Made by a program: the position numbers and the translations under genes. This document shows positions 29,811-40,189 of a stretch of DNA of 64,000 nt, in pieces (position 1 is the first letter of the stretch; each line of letters starts with the position of its first letter). The notes beneath the pieces are model-generated. The model did not search any database. It had not been told where the DNA came from and saw only the letters and a program-made list of their open reading frames with translations. Source of the stretch: Zygnema circumcarinatum SAG 698-1b (Eukaryota; Plantae; Zygnematophyceae); contig CM074819.1 of NCBI GenBank assembly GCA_037447605.1, positions 1,944,297 through 2,008,296 on the forward strand, read 5' to 3'.

Positions 29811-29983
29811 TATTCACAAGCGCGCAATAGTTCCACTAGGCTTTCTATACCTAATGTTTTCCATATAATGGTCACTTTTTTGTGTCCAATGTCCCTCAAG
29901 CTTAGCATTTCCTGTACGCCTTGGGGCGTAGCAGCTGTTAGTTCTTCCCACCGTTGCAAGCTACTTTTTGTTGCATGGATCAA
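29811..29983 (-). pseudogene. Fragment resembling the HhH region of bacterial DNA polymerase X
   Basis: LQRWEELTAATPQGVQEMLSLRDIGHKKVTIIWKTLGIESLVELLRACE matches the remembered bacterial PolX pattern EEL..TP.GV.EML.I.G.GPKKV..IWKELGIES..ELL.AC. Stop codon upstream; telomeric repeats abut its 3' end. Confidence 0.6.
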
Positions 29984-30029
29984 TCCTGGCCAAGTGCTTG
30001 AGGGTCAAGTGCGAATGTAGGTCGAGGCT

Positions 30030-31350
30030 TTGGCACTCTTGAAAGTTGTAACTCGACCTGTTCTAGATGATTACAATAAAGATCTGCATCTCCAATTGTA
30101 TGTATTGTTGGTGCAAGAGGGACTCTAAGAAGGATCAATACATGCCCGATTGAAGCTCAAAACTTTCCTCTTCACTTCCTTGGGCCACATACCACTTCCC
30201 TTGTGATATTCCTTCTCATTCACCCCTTGCCAGCGTGCGCACAGCGGAAACTAATCGTCCCACCTACAAGAACACTTCTTCATCTCCTCCATGGTGTCAG
30301 CTCCTCAACTCCGCTCCTCCAATGGTCTCCTTGTGTGGAGCGACACACCGACCATATAATGTTTGCCTCCACTCATTCACCACATCAATCCATCACAAGG
30401 ACTCACATGACATTTGACACAATGATAAGGTGAAAGCCCACGGCCCTAAAACTGTTTAAACTTCATGAGTGCAATACAAGCTCCTTGGGAAATCTACATA
30501 GATCGCTTATTCCAGATTCTCCTCATCACATGAGCACTATTCTATCCTCTGATAGATAACTTACACCTCAAATCCCGTAGCCAAGCACTACTTGCCTCCA
30601 TGAACTCCTCTACCTCAACACATGAGGGACACACCATCTCACTCTTTGACTAAAGCTTGGCATGATGAGAGCTAGTTCTTTCACGACCTTCCTACACAAG
30701 GCCGGACTCCTCTAGGCCTCAGCCTCTACCTACTCTTCCTAAACAACAATGGTCGAGCAACATAACATTCAGAGAGAGTGAGTGAGTAGGGAGCCAAGCT
30801 TGCTCCCTCATATACTATGGCGGCCATCGCTACGTGACACTGTTATGTCACGGCCGCCCATGCAACGGCTTGAAAGAGCCGTATACTAATCCTAATCCTG
30901 CGCCGTCGGATCCTACTCAGCTTGCACGGATCCAGCTCCTCAGCCCGTCAAATCCGACTCGCCTCATCTCAATCCGCGTCCTGCACCGTAGGATCTGACT
31001 CCAGAGTACTCAGCCGCATGCGGGCCCTGTAAGCCTACAGTAGCCACCGACCAAGGCCCTACGGGCGTTACAGTAGACCTGACACGTGGCGCCTTCCCAT
31101 TCGCCACTGACTCCCAGAATGAGGCGCTACTGACGCCGCACCACCTCACGCTTATTTGTCACGCCTACATCTTGACGTCGCAAATCTCTCCACCGACATT
31201 GCCGAACCCTGCGTCATGTCACGCCTAAAGATTGCGCCACGATTTGCACGCTGTCGCGACCAATCATGTCGCTTCGCACAAATCCGCCTCTCGCGCCCAA
31301 ATCTCCACGTCCGTACATTTTTGCGTCAACCGTACAATCGCGCCCCGTCC
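30030..31350. mobile_element. Probable diverged LTR remnant related to Copia family 1
   Basis: Shares short motifs CACGGC(C/T)CTAAAACT and ATGGCG..GTGACA..TGTCACG with the family 1 LTR. Boundaries uncertain. Confidence 0.3.
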
Positions 31351-31709
31351 GTACGGCCGCGCTCCATCTGTCCAGGCGCATTCCGTAGCACAATGACGAA
31401 AAAGCATTGCAATTCACAAAAATGTTTGGATTTTTTTTTTTTTTTTTTTTTGGTGCTTTTTACAGAAATGGGGAAATGAGGGAGAGACGGCTGAATTCGG
31501 TTGATAGTGGGAAAAAAAAAAATCAGTTAGGGTTTAGGGTTTTGGGGGTTTCAGCAAATGTGGTTTTTCATGCGAAAACTCGTCCCTACAAATTTTTAAG
31601 CTCTCACCTTAACCCCTCTCTCTTCCCACTTTTTATTTCCGTATTTTTTTTCCATATTTTTTTTCCATATTTTTTTTTGGTTTTTTTTTCTTTTTTCATA
31701 CATTTTCAG

Positions 31710-32192
31710 AGGACAATCCGGCGGATTTGGGCAGAAAAGTAAAGCGGTTGCCGGGAAGTGTGGAGGAGGCGGTGCCTGCTTTCGAAAACGACAAAGTTTT
31801 GAAGGAGGCTCTTGGAGACTCCCTCTCCCAATGCATTATTGCGGTCCGAAAGGTATTTGTAACCCAAAAAAAAGTACCAATTTTTTTTTTGCTGATTATA
31901 TCCCTGGGTTATATAGGATATAAGTATATGTCAATTCTACTTTTTTTAAATCTCTGTTAGCTACGTAGAAACCCGAAGGTGCTAAATTTGTGAATTTCTT
32001 GCACCTCTTTTTTTGTTTTAAGAAACGAGTACATTCTGTAAACCTTAAATCCTAAACTTTGAACACATCTTCCTTTTTTTTTTTTTTTAACCCCAAACTC
32101 TATTGTTGGTTTTGCGGCCGCAGGCGGAAGCGGAAAACTACAAAGACATTCCGTTCGAAAAGTCGGTAACGGAATTAGTTCAACGGTACTGA
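31710..32192 (+). CDS. NodGS: Last two exons of a NodGS / GSI-like glutamine synthetase-like protein
   Basis: Exon 31710-31852 DNPADLGRKVKRLPGSVEEAVPAFENDKVLKEALG..AVRK and exon 32124-32192 AEAENYKDIPFEKSVTELVQRY*. These match the remembered plant NodGS C-terminus (..LPETLSEAVEALDKDKVL..GVRKAEVEYY..LIHRY). GT-AG, in phase. Confidence 0.8.
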
Positions 32193-32204
32193 ATCCGTTG
32201 CTGT

Positions 32205-32560
32205 GAATGTTCAGACCCCATTCGTACCCATTTGCAAAGGTCTCTCCGTTCAATGTTTAGACCCCATCTCTACCCATTTGAATAGGTGTCTCCGTACAAT
32301 GTTTAGACCCCATTTGTACCCATTCCATTCAATGCTTGGACCCCATTTATACCCATTTGTATAGGTGTCTCCGTTCAATGTTTAGACCCCATTTGTACCC
32401 ACTCCATTCAATGTTCAGACCCCATTTGTACCCAATTGCAAAGGTCTCTCCGTTCAATGTTTAGACCCCATTTGTACCCACTCCATTCAATGTTTAGACC
32501 CCATTTGTACCCATTTGCATAGGTCTCTCCGTTCAATGTTTAGACTCCATTTGTACCCAT
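32205..32560. repeat. Minisatellite of 30-45-bp units built on TTCAATGTTTAGACCCCATTTGTACCCA
   Basis: Read directly from the sequence; about 9 cores. Confidence 0.88.
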
Positions 32561-32670
32561 TTGCAATCACTCTTATATAGAAAATATGACAGAATATTTG
32601 ATATTGCCACCATAGGTCTCAGAGATAGCCGAGCAAGTCTAGATCAATGGTCAGGGAAAAAACTGTTTAC

Positions 32671-33509
<839 letters not shown>

Positions 33510-34519
33510 CTGCATGCATCTGAGGAGGGAGGGAAGGGGAAGGGAGGGAGGGGGGGCAGAGGAGGAGTGAGGAAGGAGGCGAGGAGGGAGGGAGAGGGAG
33601 GGGGAGAAGCAGGGAGGGATGGCAAGGCAGGAGGGAGGAGGAGGGAGGGAGGAGGAGGCAGGGGGGGAGAGTGGAGGGGAGGGATGCAGGCAGGAGTGAG
33701 GAGGAGGGGAAGGGAGGGGGAGGAGAGGGAGGATGAGGGAGGGAGGGAGGGAGGGAGCGAGGGAGGGAGTGGAGGGAGGGAGGGCGAGGGAGGAGGGATG
33801 GAGGGGGAGGGAGGGAGGGAGGAAGGGCGAGAGGGAGGGAGGAGGGGGAGGAGGGCGAGGAGGGAGGGAGGGGGGAGGGGGAGGGAGGGGAGGGGGAGAA
33901 GGAGGGAGGAAGGGAGGGAAGAGAAGGAGGGGGAAGGAGGGAGGGGAGGGGAGGGAGGGGGAGGGAGGGAGGGGGAGGGAGGGAGGGGAGGGAAGGGGAG
34001 GAGGGAGAGGGAGGGAGGGGGAGGGAGGGGAGGGAAGGGAGGGAGGAGGGAGGGAGGAGGAAGGGAGGGGAGGGAGGAGGGGAAGGATGATGGGGAGGGT
34101 GGGAGGGAGGGAGAGAGGGAGGGGAGGGAGAGAGGGAGGGTGGGAGGGAGGGAGGGAGAGAGGGAGGGGTGGAGAGGAGGGAGGGAGGAGGGAGGGGGGA
34201 GAGAGGGAGGGATGGAGGGAAGGGAGGGCGAGGAGGAGGAGGGAGGGGAGGGAGGGGAGGGATGGAGGGGGAGGGAGGGAGGGAGAGAGGGAGGGGGAAG
34301 GGAGGGAGGGAGGGAGGGGGGGAGTGAGGGGAGGGATGGAGGGGAAGGGAGGGCGAGGAGGGACGGAGGGAGGGGGGGAGGGAGGGGAGGGAGGGAGGGA
34401 GGGAGGGAGGGGGGGAGTGNNNNNNNNNNNNNNNNNNNNNNNNNNNNNNNNNNNNNNNNNNNNNNNNNNNNNNNNNNNNNNNNNNNNNNNNNNNNNNNNN
34501 NNNNNNNNNNNNNNNNNNN

Positions 34520-35766
34520 TCGATTTACGTATTGCTGCCCCGCTTATTTGGGCCCTTGGTCATGAAGCGCATCAATAGTGCAAACACCGGTTGGATTTAC
34601 CAGCCCATATGAAGGTGCATCCGGTCTTTCATGTGGGATTGCTAAAGGCCTACCGCAGCGATGGGAGGATCCAGCCACCTCCCCCACCAGTGGAACTTGA
34701 AGGTGAACTTGAGTACGAAGTTGAAACCATTCAAACCCACACCCGTCTTGTGAAAATTAAAACTCTTCGCGTCACGAATACCTGTGAAGTGGTTGGGGTA
34801 CATGAAGTTTGAACATAGCACATGGGAAGGGAGCAGCAACAATTACCCGAGGAGCTCATCAGCTTATGCTTGGGGCCTTAGGGCGGGGCCGGGCGAGAGC
34901 GCGAGGGGTTCTGAGCCGTTCGGCGCAACTCGGAAAGGGACTTGACGGGATTGTCGGTGAGAGCCCTCACGGTTATCCGCGTGGGGATTAGGCCCGGCGT
35001 CTTGCGTTGAAACTCGGCGTGCCTTCTTACCCACCTTGGCGTGAGCGAAGGCGTTCACATCCTCCTGGTGTGTGTGTAGCTTGTGTGTGTGTCACCGCGG
35101 GGTGTGTGTACTTAGGCGCTCCGTCCTAGTACTCTCACCGGCTGAGGGCAGTGGCCCAAGGCGTGGGGACCACAGGACGGGGAAGGGTCACGGGGTCCGA
35201 GCTGCTTCTTGAGGTTGCAAAGGGGTTCGATGCGGCCTTGATATCTTGAACATATATGTATGCGTCGCCCGTGTGGTGCTCGAGATCACGGAATCCCGAC
35301 CACATCTTCACTACATTTAGAGCGTAGCGATTGGAGTAAAAATGCGATTACGGTGCATGCGGGTTGAAAGTGCGGACGGTACAACTGATCGAGCCGCCAG
35401 CGCGTGCGTAGGATCCGACCCGTGCAGCGTACGGCGCTGTCCAGCGGCAGCAGCCCGGCCAGGTGGAATGCGGTGGCGTTAAATGCGTTGTACACCTCGA
35501 CCCATTGGTCGAGAGAGAGGAACTGCGTGTGATGCACGCCATTGGAGCAACCTACTTCCAATCCTCCATGTCTTTGGTAGAGTTCGGCCGGGGGAAGCGT
35601 AAGAGCGTGGAGTGGCTGGCGGTCACCCAACCAGCGTCACCCGGCATTTGGTTGCACTGACCAGAGCACGCTCCCCCTCTGGCTTCGGCTCTTGCTCTGC
35701 GCCTCTCGTGAACTTCGGGGTTGGGTGTGTTGTCATGGTGAAGGAGCTAGGGGCTCAGCCGTGACA
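34520..35766 (+). mobile_element. 3' end of a chromovirus Gypsy (family B): integrase C-terminus, chromodomain start and 3' LTR (~35075-35766)
   Basis: VHPVFHVGLLKAY..PPPPVELEGELEYEVE. The LTR is homologous to 38971-39320 and ~36700-36930 and ends CCGTGACA. Confidence 0.85.
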
Positions 35767-36218
35767 CCCCCCCTCCCTCCCTCCCTCCCTCCCTCCCTCC
35801 CTCCCCTCCCACTTTGTCCTCCCCTCACCTCCCTCCCTCCCTCCCTCCCTCCCTCCCTCCCTCCCTCCCTCCCTCCCTCCCTCCCTCCCTCCCTCCCTCC
35901 CCTCCCTTCCCTCCCTTGCCCTGCCATGAGCCATTTCGAGTACGCTGAAGGGAAAAAATGTTCCAATTGCAAGCAAGCAGGCCACAACTTAAGTTCTTGC
36001 CTTAATTAGGGGTTCTATGATCCTAACCTAAGAACAGAGAGTAACAGTTGCCCAACATTGGTGAAGTGTAGGGAAATGAAGTATAAAAACACATGAACGA
36101 TAACCCGTACCCCATTGTAAATATCCCGCCCCCTGTTGCATTTTTTTTTTTGATAGACAAAAATATGTTAGGGCCTGCCCGAATCCGCTCGGAGCGAAAG
36201 ATCCCACAGATCGGACCA

Positions 36219-38970
36219 TGTAGCGAAACGCTACAGTCACCCCAAGGGGAAGGATTACTTAAAGCCGTGTATATATGTTCCCGCTCCAATCACGGTACCC
36301 TACTTGGTTAGGGCATGGATACTCATGGGGCGGCGAAGGTCACGGTTGAGCAAGTAAGAAGCGGATTTACGCGCATTGAGGCACCACATAGTCGCGATTA
36401 GCGCCCCACATCACCCGCCAGGTCCCCTCACCGGCAAGGGGAGGTTGAGGTTAACGGCACCGCAGGACCAGCTCCGGTCCCGCGGTGGAATCTCCGGGCG
36501 GTAGCCCCAGATCCCCCCTTTGAATAAAATTAGATTAGCCCATACGGTACGGGTTCACGGGTTGATACCCGAGACGAGCGGCGGTCCCGGTTAGCGCCTG
36601 GCAGCGTGGGGATCGGCGTGCTGTACGTCTGGCCCGAAGCGGCAGCCCGCTTGTCGCTGGCCTTGGCCAGCCTTGCATGAAATCTTGATGGCCGTTAAAA
36701 TGCACGTTGTACACCTCGACCCATTGGTCGAGGTTTCACCGATGGCGATGCGCCATTGGGGCGGCCACACGCTTCCAATCCTCCATCTTTGGTTGGAGGT
36801 TCAGCGGGGAAGCGTAAAGGCGAGAATTGGCTGTCGTCGCAACCAACGTCTGCGGTTGCACCCACGCCCGAGTTGCGCGACCCTCACGAAACTCGGCTCT
36901 CTCTCTGAACTTCGAGTCTTTGGTGAGTGTTATTCAGCGCTTGGAAGAGTTAGATCGTGGCGCCCTGCAGATCCCAGCGGGGCGAGGTGATGGAGAACTT
37001 CGGAGAGCTAGCGGCACGTCCCCATGGAGGGGCCTAGTCCCGAGCCCACGGATGACCAAGGTCATCCGGTGTCTGCTGCCCTTCCCCCCGTGCCACCGGA
37101 GCCGCTGGCTCGGGCAGAATCCGCCGATCCCATGATCGGGGCCCACATCACGGTGGGCGCGGCCTTAAAAATGAGGAAGAGGATCGATGATCTGGGAAAG
37201 GATGTAACGCAGCAGCGCGTCTCCACCATGGCTTGTTCGAGGAAGGTGGACGACATGGAGCTCACGGTCCGCCGCCTGGTGGACACGCTTCAGATGGAGT
37301 TCAGGAGCCTGGCGGAGAGGCTCCGGATCATCGAAGAAGGTATGCCCCGAACCCCCCCTCAGGCTGTAGAGGCAGTGGATGCGGCAGGTCCTGGGGAAGG
37401 GGTTAGGCATACAACTCCGATGGCGTCGTCCCCATCTGAGCGCCCCAACGAGAGGCCCTAAGGGCGGCAGTCCGTGCCACGCGGCTGTCCGCGGGGGATC
37501 ACTTGGCCCGGGGGTGGCTGAACCACCACCCGGCGGGTGGGGGACCCAGTGGGGCTGGCGGGGGCGGAGGGAGATCCCGATCCTGGGGCTGCTCCTCCCG
37601 CTTAACCCCTCTTGAAAGGATACCAAAGGTCGGTTAAGGTGAAGCCCCGCTTTCCTTTTGGGGCGAACATCCTAACACGGACTGTTCGATTGAGCAGTGG
37701 TTGGGCCAAACGAAGGGTTACCTTCTTGCGACCAAGCGTGTCCCCTCCGGTCTGGGTAAGCTTTGCTTACCGGCACTTTCGAAGGAGCCGCGCTACCCGT
37801 GTATGAGGGCCTCTCGACAGATGAGGGGCGATTGGGGATAGGATTGAGAGATGGCTTATCAAACACTTTAAGGGCCTTGGATCCGGCGGAATTTCGGGGA
37901 TAGATTTGAGAACATGGTCCAAACCGGCAGTGTCAAGCAGTTTCTGCGAGACCTGCGACAGGTGGTGCCACAAATCACCACCCACAAGCCTGGTCAGGCT
38001 GAGTTCTTTTTCCACTTCAGGAATGGCCTTAAACCACACGAGGAAGCGACTCGGGACCAACCCACGGACTGCCACGGCAGGTGGGACCCACGTGACTTCG
38101 GTACGTACTTTGATCACGGCCATTGATTTGGACACACGCCTGCGGGCGTCACGAGGCCTTCGGCCCGGCGGAGGTGGGAGATTGTGGCTGCAGTCGTGGA
38201 AAGCGGGACCCTGCACTCTGCCAAACGGCGAGGAAAGAATAAGCGGAAGCAACGCCCGGAAGCGGTTTGCCGCCCAGCCACTACGACCCGCAGTTGACTC
38301 GGGAAGAGATGGAAGATGCGGTGAGGAGAGCAGAGTGCTTAGATGCAGAAAGAGGGGCACAAGGCCCGAGATTGCCCTCTGAACGCCAAGGACAAGAAGG
38401 GTAAGGGGCCGGAAAACCCCAACCCACCAGCAACTTAGGGGTCGCTGCTGGTGGACATGCTCGGTTAGGGGAAGGGATTGAAGTTGCCGCCAGGACTAGG
38501 GGACATTTGTTTCTTAGAACCTTGGACATTCTTAAGTGATAGAAGCCGGACCTTTGGGAATGCCGATCTCTTTGTGTGTGCCTGCTGTTTCCATTCCCTC
38601 TCCCTTATGTAGTGACTCATACGGGTTTATGGATGTAGTGACGAATGGTGCTTGGCATGTCTTTATCCTCAATGTCATGGGCGATGATGTTCTCATGCAA
38701 TGTGCCATGGATGCTTTGCATGTCATGGGAAACACCTCCCATGTCCTTGGGCTGCATGTGCTGGTTCCTCAGCACATGGCAGTTCGCACCTTTCCCAACG
38801 CCACTTGGCGGTTGGTGAAACAGTTGAGGAAAGGGCACAATTTGGTGCCGACGATGGAAGGATCCACCAGTTCGCTGGTTGGATCACCCTACACCTTGGT
38901 GTGGAGGACGGCTCGTCCTCAACCCTCGCATATAGTGCGATCTATGTTCCATCTTGCCCATCGTGCCATG
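36219..38970 (+). mobile_element. Gypsy family B: 5' LTR, degenerate gag and extra domain, cut by a nested LTR
   Basis: Starts TGTAGCGAAACGCTACA. Gag is homologous to 40190-41375 and the domain at 38536-38970 to ~41440-41910. Confidence 0.85.
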
Positions 38971-39695
38971 TGTAGCGAAACGCTACAGTCACCCACGGGA
39001 GGTGTACTTAGGGCGCGCTCCGTCCTAGTGCTCTCACCCCGGGCGCGGGCCGAGTGGCCAAGGCGTCGGGGACCACCTAGGACCGGGAAGGGTCCTGGGA
39101 TCGAACTTTGCGAAGGTTGCAAGGGTTCGATGCGGCGCGGTATACTGAGACATATATGTATCGCGTTGCCGATGTGGTCGAGGGATCACGGAATCCCGAC
39201 CACATCTTCCTTACGTTTTGGAACGTAACCGTCGTCCGTACAATTACGGGTTACCGTTGGTACGGACGGACTGTCAGTCGGACCCCGCGCCGCGCGCGTA
39301 GGATCTGACCGTGCACCGACNNNNNNNNNNAGACAGATGATTCAGGAGGGGTATACTGGTGATCCTTTGTTCCTGGATGGCCAAGGTAATGGCTATAAGG
39401 ACAAAGTGGTGTCTAAGGACGGATTTTGGTACCACGGCCAGCAGTTGGTCGTGCCCAAGGCCGGGACTGTACGGCAGCTCATTCTGGGTGAGCTACATGA
39501 TCCTCCGTACCGAGGTCACATGGGAGTTGCCAAAACCCGTGAGGCACTGCTCCGAGAGTTCTGGTGGCCTGGACTCTCGAGGGATGTGAAAGCGTATGTA
39601 CTCGCTTGTCCAACTTGTCAACGAAACAAACCCCGCACTAGCAGGATCCCTGGCCAGCTGCAACCCCTCACACCTCCTTTTCGGAAATGGGACAG
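38971..39695 (+). mobile_element. Nested family B LTR (38971-39320), N gap, then integrase zinc-binding fragment (39331-39695)
   Basis: TGTAGCGAAACGCTACA start; HDPPYRGHMG..FWWPGL..CPTCQRNK. Confidence 0.85.
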
Positions 39696-40145
39696 TGTAG
39701 CGAAACGCTATACATGGGTTGTATGGCCGAGTACTTACATCCGCGGTTGCCTTTTAATGGTAAAGCACTTAGGTGAATACCGGGAGGTCCTGAGTTCGAA
39801 CCCTGCTGCAGGCATGTTCGTTACATTGGTATCAGAGCCTAAGGACTGGTATTTGCAATCCACCCTAAAACACCGTGATCTCCGAGCATGGTACGGTTGG
39901 CCTGAGGGCAGTGAACCGTATGAGGCCGTAGGTCCATGTGTTGAAGGAGCTTGAACGCTGCTCGTGAAAAACCTTGACTGCGCTCGAGGACGAGCCCGGT
40001 TTAGGTGGGGAGGAATGTAGCGAAACGCTATACATGGGTTGTATGGCCGAGTACTTACATCCGCGGTTGCCTTTTAATGGTAAAGCACTTAGGTGAATAC
40101 CGGGAGGTCCTGAGTTCGAACCCTGCTGCAGGCATGTTCGTTACA
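39696..40145 (+). mobile_element. TRIM: 130-bp LTRs (39696-39825 and 40016-40145), iMet PBS, PPT, tRNA-like module in each LTR
   Basis: Identical direct repeats TGTAGCG...CGTTACA; TGGTATCAGAGCC at 39827-39839 and again at 40147-40159; AGGTGGGGAGGAA directly before LTR2; 190-bp internal region. Confidence 0.9.
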
Positions 40146-40189
40146 TTGGTATCAGAGCCTAAGGACTGGTATTTGCAATCCACCCTAAG

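Noticed and set aside
32205-32560. Repeat array resembling CRISPR
   Set aside because: Units are contiguous degenerate copies with no unique spacers, no cas genes and a eukaryotic context.
39740-39812. Functional tRNA-Phe gene
   Set aside because: The T and anticodon stems are mismatched and the sequence is embedded in an LTR; treated as promoter-like only.
39880-39990. Possible chromodomain remnant (WYGWPE, ENL) inside the TRIM internal region
   Set aside because: Too short and not colinear in one frame to support.
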